Shown here one piece after another: positions 15,001-30,600 of a DNA stretch of 64,000 nucleotides. The notes under the pieces are model-generated. The model had not been told where the DNA came from. It searched no databases and worked only from the letters and a program-made list of their open reading frames with translations. The DNA lies in the NCBI GenBank assembly GCA_964016885.1, contig OZ024750.1, positions 37,820,001 to 37,884,000 of the forward strand. The letters are read 5' to 3'. Source of the stretch: Eledone cirrhosa. Lineage: Eukaryota. The stretch's first letter is position 1. Each line of letters opens with the position of its first letter. The position numbers were made by a program, and so were the translations under genes.

Positions 15001-18000
15001 TGTACCATGAAGCTATGGCTAACCTGTACACTGTATGTGATGTACCATGAAGCTATGGCTAACCTGTACACTGTATGTGATCTACCATGAAGTTATAGCT
15101 AACCTGTACACTGTATGTGATGTACTATGAAGCTATGACTAATCTGTACACTGTATGTGATGTACCATGAAGCTATGACTAATCTGTACACTGTATGTGA
15201 TGTAACATGAAGCTATAGCTAACCTGTACACTGTATGTGATGTACCATGAAGCTATTACTAACCTATACACTGTATGTGATGTACCATGAAGCTATAGCT
15301 AACCTATACACTGTATGTGATGTACCATGAAGTTATAGCTAACCTGTACACTGTATGTGATGTACCATGAAGCTATGACTAATCTGTACACTGTATGTGA
15401 TGTACCATGAAGCTATAGCTAACCGGTACACTGTATGTGATGTACCATGAAGCTATGACTAACCTGTACACTGTATGTGATGTACCATGAAGCTATGACT
15501 AACCTGTACACTGTATGTGATTTAACATGAAGCTATAGCTAACCTGTACACTGTATGTGATGTACCATGAAGCTATGACTAACCTGTACACTGTATGTGA
15601 TGTACCATGAAGCTATAGCTAACCTATACACTGTATGTGATGTACCATGAAACTATGACTAACCTGTACACTGTATGTGATGTACCATGAAGCTATGGCT
15701 AACCTGTACACTGTATGTGATGTAACATGAAGCTATAGCTAACCTGTACACTGTATGTGATGTACCATGAAGCTATGACTAACCTGTACACTGTATGTGA
15801 TGTACCATGAAGCTATGACTAACCTGTACACTGTATGTGATGTACCATGAAGCTATGGCTAACCTGTACACTGTATGTGATGTACCATGAAGCTATGACT
15901 AACCTGTACACTGTATATGATGTACCATGAAGCTATGACTAACCTTTACACTGTATGTGATGTACCATGAAGCTATGGCTAACATGTACACTGTATGTGA
16001 TGTACCATGAAGCTATGACTAACCTGTACACTGTATGTGATGTACCATGAAGCTATGGCTAACCTGTACACTGTATGTGATGTACCATGAAGCTATGACT
16101 AACCTGTACACTGTATGTGATGTACCATGAAGCTATGGCTAACCTGTACACTGTATGTGATGTACCATGAACCTATGGCTAACCTGTACACTGTATGTGA
16201 TGTACCATGAAGTTATGACTAACATGTACACTGTATGTGATGTACCATGAAGCTATGGCTAGCCTGTACACTGTATGTGATGTACCATGAAGCTATAGCT
16301 AACCTATACACTGTATGTGATGTACCATGAAGCTATGACTAATCTGTACACTGTATGTGATGTACCATGAAGCTATGACTAACCTATACACTGTATGTGA
16401 TGTACCATGAAGCTATGACTAACCTGTACACTGAATGTGATGTACCATCAAGCTATGACTAACATGTACACTGTATGTGATGTACCATGAAGCTATGCTA
16501 ACCTGTACACTGTATGTGATGTACCATGAAGCTATGGCTAACCTGTACAATGTATGTGATGTACCATGAAGCTATGACTAACCTATACACTGTATGTGAT
16601 GTACCATGAAGCTATGACTAACCTGTACACTGTATGTGATGTACCATGAAGCTATGGCTAACCTGTACACTGTATGTAATGTACCATGAAGCTATGACTA
16701 ACCTGTACACTGTATGTGATGTACCATGAAGCTATGGCTAACCTGTACACTGTATGTGATGTACCATGAAGCTATGACTAATCTGTACACTGTATGTGAT
16801 GTACCATGAAGCTATAGCTAACCCGTACACTGTATGTGATGTACCATGAAGCTATGACTAACCTGTACACTGTATGTGATGTACCATGAAGCTATGACTA
16901 ACCTGTACACTGTATGTGATGTAACATGAAGCTATAGCTAACCTGTACACTGTATGTGATGTACCATGAAGCTATGACTAACCTGTACACTGTATGTGAT
17001 GTACCATGAAGCTATAGCTAACCTATACACTGTATGTGATGTACCATGAAACTATGACTAACCTGTACACTGTATGTGATGTACCATGAAGCTATGGCTA
17101 ACCTGTACACTGTATGTGATGTAACATGAAGCTATAGCTAACCTGTACACTGTATGTGATGTACCATGAAGCTATGACTAACCTGTACACTGTATGTGAT
17201 GTACCATGAAGCTATGACTAACCTGTACACTGTATGTGATGTACCATGAAGCTATAGCTAACCTGTACACTGTATATGGTGTACCATGAAACTATGACTA
17301 ACCTTTACACTGTATGTGATGTACCATAAAGCTATGGCTAACATGTACACTGTATGTGAAGTACCATGAAGCTATGACTAACCTGTACACTGTATGTGAT
17401 GTACCATGAAGCTATGGCTAACCTGTACACTGTATGTGATGTACCATGAAGCTATGACTAACCTGTACACTGTATGTGATGTTCCATGAAGCTATGACTA
17501 ACCTGTACACTGTATGTGATGTACCATGAAGCTATGGCTAACCTGTACACTGTATGTGATGTACCATGAAGCTATGACTAACCTGTACACTGTATATGAT
17601 GTACCATGAAGCTATGACTAACATGTACACTGTATGCGATGTACCATGAAGCTATGACTAACCTGTACACTGTATGTGATGTACCATGAAGCTATGACTA
17701 ACCTGTACACTGTATGTGATGTACCATGAAGCTATGACTAAACTATACACTGTATGTGATGTACCATGTAGCTATGACTAACCTTTACACTGTATGTGAT
17801 GTACCATGAAGCTATGGCTAACCTGTACACTGTATGTGATGTACCATGAACCTATGGCTAACCTGTACACTGTATGTGATGTACCATGAAGTTATGACTA
17901 ACATGTACACTGTATGTGATGAACCATGAAGCTATGGCTAACCTGTACACTGTATGTGATGTACCATGAAGCTATAGCTAACCTATACACTGTATGTGAT

Positions 18001-18541
18001 GTACCATGAAGCTATGACTAACCTGTACACTGTATGTGATGTACCATGAAGCTATGACTAACCTGTACACTGTATGTGATGTACCATGAAGCTATGGCTA
18101 ACCTGTACACTGTATGTGATGTACCATGAAGCTATGACTAACCTGTACACTGTATGTGATGTACCATGAAGCTATGGCTAACCTGTACACTGTATGTGAT
18201 GTACCATGAAGCTATGGCTAACCTGTACACTGTATGTGATGTACCATGAAGCTATGGCTAACCTGTACACTGTATGTGATGTACCATGAAGCTATGACTA
18301 ACCTTTACACTGTATGTGATGTACCATGAAGCTATGACTAACCTGTACACTGTATGTGATGTACCATGAAGATATAGCTAACCTGTACACTGTATGTGAT
18401 GTACCATGAAGCTATGGCTAACCTGTACACTGTATGTGATGTACCATGAAGCTATGACTAACCTGTACACTGTATATGATGTACCATGAAGCTATGACTA
18501 ACCTGTACACTGAATGTGATGTACCATGAAGCTATGAATAA

Positions 18542-18607
18542 CATGTACACTGTATGTGATGTACCATGAAGCTATAGCTTCATGGTACATCACATACAGT
18601 GTACATG
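18542..18607. repeat. Perfect 66-bp palindrome (33-bp arms, no spacer): a local inversion of the satellite monomer
   Basis: CATGTACACTGTATGTGATGTACCATGAAGCTA|TAGCTTCATGGTACATCACATACAGTGTACATG. I checked pairing base by base outward from the centre 18574/18575; the first mismatch is 18541(A)/18608(A). Confidence 0.98.
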
Positions 18608-18644
18608 AAGCTATGGCTAACCTGTACACTGTATGTGATGTACC

Positions 18645-18649
18645 TGTAC
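18645..18649 (+). other. 5-bp insertion (TGTAC) producing a 45-bp monomer at 18636-18680
   Basis: The sequence reads GATGTACC-TGTAC-ATGAAG instead of GATGTACC-ATGAAG. The next monomer starts at 18681, 45 bp after 18636. Confidence 0.92.
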
Positions 18650-21600
18650 ATGAAGCTATGACTAATCTGTACACTGTATGTGATGTACCATGAAGCTATA
18701 GCTAACCTATACACTGTATGTGATGTACCATGAAACTATGACTAACCTGTACACTGTATGTGATGTACCATGAAGCTATGGCTAACCTTTACACTGTATG
18801 TGATGTAACATGAAGCTATAGCTAACCTATACACTGTATGTGATGTACTATGAAGCTATGACTAACCTGTACACTGTATGTGATGTACCATGAAGCTATG
18901 ACTAACCTGTACACTGTATGTGATGTACCATGAAGCTATGGCTAACCTGTACACTGTATGTGATGTACCATGAAGCTATGGCTAACCTGTACACTGTATG
19001 TGATGTACCATGAAGCTATGGCTAACCTGTACACTGTATATGATGTACCATGAAGCTATGACTAACCTTTACACTGTGTGTGATGTACGATGAAGCTATG
19101 GCTAACATGTACACTGTATGTGAAGTACCATGAAGCTATGACTAACCTGTACACTGTATGTGATGTACCATGAAGCTATGGCTAACCTGTACACTGTATG
19201 TGATGTACCATGAAGTTATGACTAACATGTACACTGTATGTGATGAACCATGAAGCTATGGCTAACCTGTACACTGTATGTGATGTACCATGAAGCTATA
19301 GCTAACCTATACACTGTATGTGATGTACCATGAAGCTATGACTAACCTGTACACTGTATGTGATGTACCATGAAGTTATGACAAACCTGTACACTGTATG
19401 TGATGTACCATGAAGCTATGGCTAACCTGTACACTGTATGTGATGTACCATGAAGCTATGACTAACCTGTACACTGTATGTGATGTACCATGAAGCTATG
19501 GCTAACCTGTACACTGTATGTGATGTACCATGAAGCTATGGCTAACCTGTACACTGTATGTGATGTACCATGAAGCTATGACTAACCTGTACACTGAATG
19601 TGATGTACCATGAAGCTATGACTAACATGTACACTGTATGTGATGTACCATGAAGCTATGACTAACCTGTACACTGTATGTGATGTACCATGAAGCTATG
19701 CTAACCTGTACACTGTATGTGATGTACCATGAAGCTATGGCTAACCTGTGCAATGTATGTGATGTACCATGAAGCTATGACTAACCTATACACTGTATGT
19801 GATGTACCATGAAGCTATGACTAACCTGTACACTGTATGTGATGTACCATGAAGCTATGACTAACCTGTACACTGTATGTGATGTACCATGAAGCTATGG
19901 CTAACCTGTACACTGTATGTGATGTACCATGAAGCTATGGCTAACCTGTACACTGTATGTGATGTACCATGAAGCTATGGCTAACCTGTACACTGTATGT
20001 GATGTACCATGAAGCTATGACTAACCTTTACACTGTATGTGATGTACCATGAAGCTATGACTAACCTGTACACTGTATGTGATGTACCATGAAGCTATAG
20101 CTAACCTGTACACTGTATGTGATGTACCATGAAGCTATGGCTAACCTGTACACTGTATGTGATGTACCATGAAGCTATGACTAACCTGTACACTGTATAT
20201 GATGTACCATGAAGCTATGACTAACCTGTACACTGAATGTGATGTACCATGAAGCTATGACTAACATGTACACTGTATGTGATGTACCATGAAGCTATGA
20301 CTAACCTGTACACTGTATGTGATGTACCATGAAGCTATGCTAACCTGTACACTGTATGTGATGTACCATGAAGCTATGGCTAACCTGTGCAATGTATGTG
20401 ATGTACCATGAAGCTATGACTAACCTATACACTGTATGTGATGTACCATGAAGCTATGACTAACCTGTACACTGTATGTGATGTACCATGAAGCTATGGC
20501 TAACCTGTACACTGTATGTGATGTACCATGAAGCTATGACTAACCTGTACACTGTATGTGATGTACCATGAAGCTATGGCTAACCTGTACACTGTATGTG
20601 ATGTACCATGAAGCTATAGCTAACCTGTACACTGTATGTGATGTACCATGAAGCCATGACTAACCTGTACACTGTATATGATGTACCATGAAGCTATGAC
20701 TAACCTTTACACTGTATGTGATGTACCATGAAGCTATGGCTAACATGTACACTGTATGTGATGTACCATGAAGCTATGACTAACCTGTACACTGTATGTG
20801 ATGTACCATGAAGCTATGGCTAACCTGTACACTGTATGTGATGTACCATGAAGTTATGACTAACCTGTACACTGTATGTGATGTTCCATGAAGTTATGAC
20901 TAACATGTACACTGTATGTGATGTACCATGAAGCTATGACTAACCTGTACACTGTATGTGATGTACCATGAATCTATGGCTAACCTGTACACTGTATGTG
21001 ATGTACCGTGAAGCTATGACTAACCTATACACTCTATGTGATGTACCATGAAGCTATGTCTAACCTGTACACCGTATGTGATGTACCATGAAGCTATGAC
21101 TAACCTATACACTGTATGTGATGTACCATGAAGCTATGACAAACCTGTACCCTGTATGCGATGTACCATGAAGCTATGACTAACCTATACACTGTATGTG
21201 ATGTACCATGCAGCTATGACTAACCTGTACACTGTATGTGATGTACCATGAAGCTATGGCTAACCTGTACACTGTATGTGATGTACCATGAAGCTATGGC
21301 TAACCTGTACACTCTATGTGATGTACCATGAAGTTATAGCTAACCTGTACACTGTATGTGATGTACTATGAAGCTATGACTAATCTGTACACTGTATGTG
21401 ATGTACCATGAAGCTATGACTAATCTGTACACTGTATGTGATGTACCATGAAGCTATAGCTAACCTATACACTGTATGTGATGTACCATGGAGTTATAGC
21501 TAACCTGTACACTGTATGTGATGTACCATGAAGCTATGACTAATCTGTACACTGTATGTGATGTACCATGAAGCTATAGCTAACCGGTACACTGTATGTG

Positions 21601-24600
21601 ATGTACCATGAAGCTATGACTAACCTGTACACTGTATGTGATGTACCACGAAGCTATGACTAACCTGTACACTGTATGTGATGTACCATGAAGCTATAGC
21701 TAACCTATACACTCTATGTGATGTACCATGAAACTATGACTAACCTATACACCGTATGTGATGTACCATGAAGCTATGGCTAACCTGTACACTGTATGTG
21801 ATGTAACATGAAGCTATAGCTAACCTGTACACTGTATGTGATGTACCATGAAGCTATGACTAACCTGTACACTGTATGTGATGTACCATGAAGCTATGAC
21901 TAAACTGTACACTGTATGTGATGTACCATGAAGCTATGGCTAACCTGTACACTGTATGTGATGTACCATGAACCTATGGCTAACCTGTACACTGTATGTG
22001 ATGTACCATGAAGTTATGACTAACATGTACACTGTATGTGATGTACCATGTAGCTATGGCTAACCTGTACACTGTATGTGATGTACCATGAAGCTATAGC
22101 TAACCTATACACTGTATGTGATGTACCATGAAGCTATGACTAACCTGTACACTGTATGTGATGTACCATGAAGCTATGACTAACCTATACACTGTATGTG
22201 ATGTACCATGAAGCTATGACTAACCTGTACACTGAATGTGATGTACCATGAAGCTATGACTACCATGTACACTGTATGTGATGTACCATGAAGCTATGCT
22301 AACCTGTACACTGTATGTGATGTACCATGAAGCTATGGCTAACCTGTACAATGTATGTGATGTACCATGAAGCTATGACTAACCTATACATTGTATGTGA
22401 TGTACCATGAAGCTATGACTAACCTGTACACTGTATGTGATGTACCATGAAGCTATGGCTAACCTGTACACTGTATGTGATGTACCATGAAGCTATGACT
22501 AACCTGTACACTGTATGTGATGTACCATGAAGCTATGGCTAACCTGTACACTGTATGTGATGTACCATGAAGCTATGACTAATCTGTACACTGTATGTGA
22601 TGTACCATGAAGCTATAGCTAACCCGTACACTGTATGTGATGTACCATGAAGCTATGACTAACCTGTACACTGTATGTGATGTACCATGAAGCTATGACT
22701 AACCTGTACACTGTATGTGATGTAACATGAAGCTATAGCTAACCTGTACACTGTATGTGATGTACCATGAAGCTATGACTAACCTGTACACTGTATGTGA
22801 TGTACCATGAAGCTATAGCTAACCTATACACTGTATGTGATGTACTATGAAACTATGACTAACCTGTACACTGTATGTGATGTACCATGAAGCTATGGCT
22901 AACCTGTACACTGTATGTGATGTAACATGAAGCTATAGCTAACCTGTACACTGTATGTGATGTACCATGAAGCTATGACTAACCTGTACACTGTATGTGA
23001 TGTACCATGAAGCTATGACTAACCTGTACACTGTATGTGATGTACCATGAAGCTATAGCTAACCTGTACACTGTATGTGATGTACCATGAAGCTCTGGCT
23101 AACCTGTACACTGTATGTGATGTACCACGAAGCTATGGCTAACCTGTACACTGTATATGGTGTACCATGAAGCTATGACTAACCTTTACACTGTATGTGA
23201 TGTACCATGAAGCTATGGCTAACATGTACACTGTATGTGAAGTACCATGAAGCTATGACTAACCTGTACACTGTATGTGATGTACCATGAAGCTATGGCT
23301 AACCTGTACACTGTATGTGATGTACCATGAAGCTATGACTAACCTGTACACTGTATGTGATGTTCCATGAAGCTATGACTAACCTGTACACTGTATGTGA
23401 TGTACCATGAAGCTATGGCTAACCTGTACACTGTATGTGATGTACCATGAAGCTATGGCTAACATGTACACTGTATGTGAAGTACAATGAAGCTATGACT
23501 AACCTGTACACTGTATGTGATGTACCATGAAGCTATGGCTAACCTGTACACTGTATGTGATGTACCATGAACCTATGGCTAACCTGTACACTGTATGTGA
23601 TGTACCATGAAGTTATGACTAACATGTACACTGTATGTGATGAACCATGAAGCTATGGCTAACCTGTACACTGTATGTGATGTACCATGAAGCTATAGCT
23701 AACCTATACACTGTATGTGATGTACCATGAAGCTATGACTAACCTGTACACTGTATGTGATGTACCATGAAGTTATGACAAACCTGTACACTGTATGTGA
23801 TGTACCATGAAGCTATGGCTAACCTGTACACTGTATGTGATGTACCATGAAGCTATGGCTAACCTGTACACTGTATGTGATGTACCATGAAGCTATGGCT
23901 AACCTGTACACTGTATGTGATGTACCATGAAGCTATGGCTAACCTGTACACTGTATGTGATGTACCATGAAGCTATGACTAACCTTTACACTGTATGTGA
24001 TGTACCATGAAGCTATGACTAACCTGTACACTGTATGTGATGTACCATGAAGCTATAGCTAACCTGTACACTGTATGTGATGTACCATGAAGCTATGGCT
24101 AACCTGTACACTGTATGTGATGTACCATGAAGCTATGACTAACCTGTACACTGTATATGATGTACCATGAAGCTATGACTAACCTGTACACTGAATGTGA
24201 TGTACCATGAAGCTATGACTAACATGTACACTGTATGTGATGTACCATGAAGCTATGACTAACCTGTACACTGTATGTGATGTACCATGAAGCTATGGCT
24301 AACCTGTACACTGTATGTGATGTAACATGAAGCTATAGCTAACCTGTACACTGTATGTGATGTACCATGAAGCTATGACTAACCTGTACACTGTATGTGA
24401 TGTACCATGAAGCTATGACTAACCTGTACACTGTATGTGATGTACCATGAAGCTATGGCTAACCTGTACACTGTATGTGATGTACCACGAAGCTATGGCT
24501 AACCTGTACACTGTATATGGTGTACCATGAAGCTATGACTAACCTTTACACTATATGTGATGTACCATGAAGCTATGGCTAACATGTACACTGTATGTGA

Positions 24601-27600
24601 AGTACCATGAAGCTATGACTAACCTGTACACTGTATGTGATGTACCATGAAGCTATGGCTAACCTGTACACTGTATGTGATGTACCATGAAGCTATGACT
24701 AACCTGTACACTGTATGTGATGTTCCATGAAGCTATGACTAACCTGTACACTGTATGTGATGTACCATGAAGCTATGGCTAACCTGTACACTGTATGTGA
24801 TGTACCATGAAGCTATGGCTAACATGTACACTGTATGTGAAGTACAATGAAGCTATGACTAACCTGTACACTGTATGTGATGTACCATGAAGCTATGGCT
24901 AACCTGTACACTGTATGTGATGTACCATGAACCTATGGCTAACCTGTACACTGTATGTGATGTACCATGAAGTTATGACTAACATGTACACTGTATGTGA
25001 TGAACCATGAAGCTATGGCTAACCTGTACACTGTATGTGATGTACCATGAAGCTATAGCTAACCTATACACTGTATGTGATGTACCATGAAGCTATGACT
25101 AACCTGTACACTGTATGTGATGTACCATGAAGCTATGGCTAACCTGTACACTGTATGTGAGGTACCATGAAGCTATGGCTAACCTGTACACTGTATGTGA
25201 TGTACCATGAAGCTATGACTAACCTTTACACTGTATGTGATGTACCATGAAGCTATGACTAACCTGTACACTGTATGTGATGTACCATGAAGCTATAGCT
25301 AACCTGTACACTGTATGTGATGTACCATGAAGCTATGGCTAACCTGTACACTGTATGTGATGTACCATGAAGCTATGACTTACCTGTACACTGTATATGA
25401 TGTACCATGAAGCTATGACTAACCTGTACACTGTATGTGATGTACCATGAAGCTATGACTAACCTTTACACTGTATGTGATGTACCATGAAGCTATGACT
25501 AATCTGTACACTGTATGTGATGTACCATGAAGCTATAGCTAACCGGTACACTGTATGTGATGTACCATGAAGCTATGACTAACCTGTACACTGTATGTGA
25601 TGTACCATGAAGCTATGACTAACCTGTACACTGTATGTGATGTACCATGAAGCTATAGCTAACCTATACACTCTATGTGATGTACCATGAAACTATGACT
25701 AACCTGTACACCGTATGTGATGTACCATGAAGCTATGGCTAACCTGTACACTGTATGTGATGTAACATGAAGCTATAGCTAACCTGTACACTGTATGTGA
25801 TGTACCATGAAGCTATGACTAACCTGTACACTGTATGTGATGTACCATGAAGCTATGACTAACCTGTACACTGTATGTGATGTACCATGAAGCTATGGCT
25901 AACCTGTACACTGTATGTGATGTACCATGAACCTATGGCTAACCTGTACACTGTATGTGATGTACCATGAAGTTATGACTAACATGTACATTGTATGTGA
26001 TGTACCATGTAGCTATGGCTAACCTGTACACTGTATGTGATGTACCATGAAGCTATAGCTAACCTATACACTGTATGTGATGTACCATGAAGCTATGACT
26101 AACCTGTACACTGTATGTGATGTACCATGAAGCTATGACTAACCTATACACTGTATGTGATGTACCATGAAGCTATGACTAACCTGTACACTGAATGTGA
26201 TGTACCATGAAGCTATGACTACCATGTACACTGTATGTGATGTACCATGAAGCTATGCTAACCTGTACACTGTATGTGATGTACCATGAAGCTATGGCTA
26301 ACCTGTACAATGTATGTGATGTACCATGAAGCTATGACTAACCTATACACTGTATGTGATGTACCATGAAGCTATGACTAACCTGTACACTGTATGTGAT
26401 GTACCATGAAGCTATGGCTAACCTGTACACTGTATGTGATGTACCATGAAGCTATGACTAACCTGTACACTGTATGTGATGTACCATGAAGCTATGGCTA
26501 ACCTGTACACTGTATGTGATGTACCATGAAGCTATGACTAATCTGTACACTGTATGTGATGTACCATGAAGCTATAGCTAACCCGTACACTGTATGTGAT
26601 GTACCATGAAGCTATGACTAACCTGTACACTGTATGTAAGGTACCATGAAGCTATGACTAACCTGTACACTGTATGTGATGTAACATGAAGCTATAGCTA
26701 ACCTGTACACTGTATGTGATGTACCATGAAGCTATGACTAACCTGTACACTGTATGTGATGTACCATGAAGCTATAGCTAACCTATACACTGTATGTGAT
26801 GTACCATGAAACTATGACTAACCTGTACACTGTATGTGATGTACCATGAAGCTATGGCTAACCTGTACACTGTATGTGATGTAACATGAAGCTATAGCTA
26901 ACCTGTACACTGTATGTGATGTACCATGAAGCTATGACTAACCTGTACACTGTATGTGATGTACCATGAAGCTATGACTAACCTGTACACTGTATGTGAT
27001 GTACCATGAAGCTATAGCTAACCTGTACACTGTATGTGATGTACCATGAAGCTATGGCATAACTGTACACTGTATGTGATGTACCACGAAGCTATGGCTA
27101 ACCTGTACACTGTATATGGTGTACCATGAAGCTATGACTAACCTTTACACTGTATGTGATGTACCATGAAGCTATGGCTAACATGTACACTGTATGTGAA
27201 GTACCATGAAGCTATGACTAACCTGTACACTGTATGTGATGTACCATGAAGCTATGGCTAACCTGTACACTGTATGTGATGTACCATGAAGCTATGACTA
27301 ACCTGTACACTGTATGTGATGTTCCATGAAGCTATGACTAACCTGTACACTGTATGTGATGTACCATGAAGCTATGGCTAACCTGTACACTGTATGTGAT
27401 GTACCATGAAGCTATGGCTAACATGTACACTGTATGTGAAGTACAATGAAGCTATGACTAACCTGTACACTGTATGTGATGTACCATGAAGCTATGGCTA
27501 ACCTGTACACTGTATGTGATGTACCATGAACCTATGGCTAACCTGTACACTGTATGTGATGTACCATGAAGTTATGACTAACATGTACACTGTATGTGAT

Positions 27601-30600
27601 GAACCATGAAGCTATGGCTAACCTGTACACTGTATGTGATGTACCATGAAGCTATAGCTAACCTATACACTGTATGTGATGTACCATGAAGCTATGACTA
27701 ACCTGTACACTGTATGTGATGTACCATGAAGTTATGACTAACCTGTACACTGTATGTGATGTACCATGAAGCTATGGCTAACCTGTACACTGTATGTGAT
27801 GTACCATGAAGCTATGACTAACCTGTACACTGTATGTGATGTACCATGAAGCTATGGCTAACCTGTACACTGTATGTGATGTACCATGAAGCTATGGCTA
27901 ACCTGTACACTGTATGTGATGTACCATGAAGCTATGGCTAACCTGTACACTGTATGTGATGTACCATGAAGCTATGACTAACCTTTACACTGTATGTGAT
28001 GTACCATGAAGCTATGACTAACCTGTACACTGTATGTGATGTACCATGAAGCTATAGCTAACCTGTACACTGTATGTGATGTACCATGAAGCTATGGCTA
28101 ACCTGTACACTGTATGTGATGTACCATGAAGCTATGACTAACCTGTACACTGTATATGATGTACCATGAAGCTATGACTAACCTGTACACTGAATGTGAT
28201 GTACCATGAAGCTATGACTAACATGTACACTGTATGTGATGTACCATGAAGCTATGACTAACCTGTACACTGTATGTGATGTACCATGAAGCTATGGCTA
28301 ACCTGTACACTGTATGTGATGTAACATGAAGCTATAGCTAACCTGTACACTGTATGTGATGTACCATGAAGCTATGACTAACCTGTACACTGTATGTGAT
28401 GTACCATGAAGCTATGACTAACCTGTACACTGTATGTGATGTACCATGAAGCTATGGCTAACCTGTACACTGTATGTGATGTACCACGAAGCTATGACTA
28501 ACCTGTACACTGTATATGGTGTACCATGAAGCTATGACTAACCTTTACACTGTATGTGATGTACCATGAAGCTATGGCTAACATGTACACTGTATGTGAA
28601 GTACCATGAAGCTATGACTAACCTGTACACTGTATGTGATGTACCATGAAGCTATGGCTAACCTGTACACTGTATGTGATGTACCATGAAGCTATGACTA
28701 ACCTGTACACTGTATGTGATGTTCCATGAAGCTATGACTAACCTGTACACTGTATGTGATGTACCATGAAGCTATGGCTAACCTGTACACTGTATGTGAT
28801 GTACCATGAAGCTATGGCTAACATGTACACTGTATGTGAAGTACAATGAAGCTATGACTAACCTGTACACTGTATGTGATGTACCATGAAGCTATGGCTA
28901 ACCTGTACACTGTATGTGATGTACCATGAACCTATGGCTAACCTGTACACTGTATGTGATGTACCATGAAGTTATGACTAACATGTACACTGTATGTGAT
29001 GAACCATGAAGCTATGGCTAACCTGTACACTGTATGTGATGTACCATGAAGCTATAGCTAACCTATACACTGTATGTGATGTACCATGAAGCTATGACTA
29101 ACCTGTACACTGTATGTGATGTACCATGAAGTTATGACTAACCTGTACACTGTATGTGATGTACCATGAAGCTATGGCTAACCTGTACACTGTATGTGAT
29201 GTACCATGAAGCTATGACTAACCTGTACACTGTATGTGATGTACCATGAAGCTATGGCTAACCTGTACACTGTATGTGATGTACCATGAAGCTATGGCTA
29301 ACCTGTACACTGTATGTGATGTACCATGAAGCTATGGCTAACCTGTACACTGTATGTGATGTACCATGAAGCTATGACTAACCTTTACACTGTATGTGAT
29401 GTACCATGAAGCTATGACTAACCTGTACACTGTATGTGATGTACCATGAAGCTATAGCTAACCTATACACTGTATGTGATGTACCATGAAGCTATGACTA
29501 ACCTGTACACTGTATGTGATGTACCATGAACCTATGGCTAACCTGTACACTGTATGTGATGTACCATGAAGTTATGACTAACATGTACACTGTATGTGAT
29601 GAACCATGAAGCTATGGCTAACCTGTACACTGTATGTGATGTACCATGAAGCTATAGCTAACCTATACACTGTATGTGATGTACCATGAAGCTATGACTA
29701 ACCTGTACACTGTATGTGATGTACCATGAAGTTATGACTAACCTGTACACTGTATGTGATGTACCATGAAGCTATGGCTAACCTGTACACTGTATGTGAT
29801 GTACCATGAAGCTATGACTATCCTGTACACTGTATGTGATGTACCATGAAGCTATGGCTAACCTGTACACTGTATGTGATGTACCATGAAGCTATGGCTA
29901 ACCTGTACACTGTATGTGATGTACCATGAAGCTATGGCTAACCTGTACACTGTATGTGATGTACCATGAAGCTATGACTAACTTTTACACTGTATGTGAT
30001 GTACCATGAAGCTATGACTAACCTGTACACTGTATGTGATGTACCATGAAGCTATAGCTAACCTGTACACTGTATGTGATGTACCATGAAGCTATGGCTA
30101 ACCTGTACACTGTATGTGATGTACCATGAAGCTATGACTAACCTGTACACTGTATATGATGTACCATGAAGCTATGACTAACCTGTACACTGAATGTGAT
30201 GTACCATGAAGCTATGACTAACATGTACACTGTATGTGATGTACCATGAAGCTATGACTAACCTGTACACTGTATGTGATGTACCATGAAGCTATGGCTA
30301 ACCTGTACACTGTATGTGATGTAACATGAAGCTATAGCTAACCTGTACACTGTATGTGATGTACCATGAAGCTATGACTAAACTGTACACTGTATGTGAT
30401 GTACCATGAAGCTATGACTAACCTGTACACTGTATGTGATGTACCATGAAGCTATGGCTAACCTGTACACTGTATGTGATGTACCACGAAGCTATGACTA
30501 ACCTGTACACTGTATATGGTGTACCATGAAGCTATGACTAACCTTTACACTGTATGTGATGTACCATGAAGCTATGGCTAACCTGTACACTGTATGTGAT

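Noticed and set aside
18542-18607. Terminator, pre-miRNA or MITE at the palindrome
   Set aside because: Both arms are pure satellite sequence, with no loop, U-tract, internal sequence or target-site duplication. A local fold-back explains it fully.
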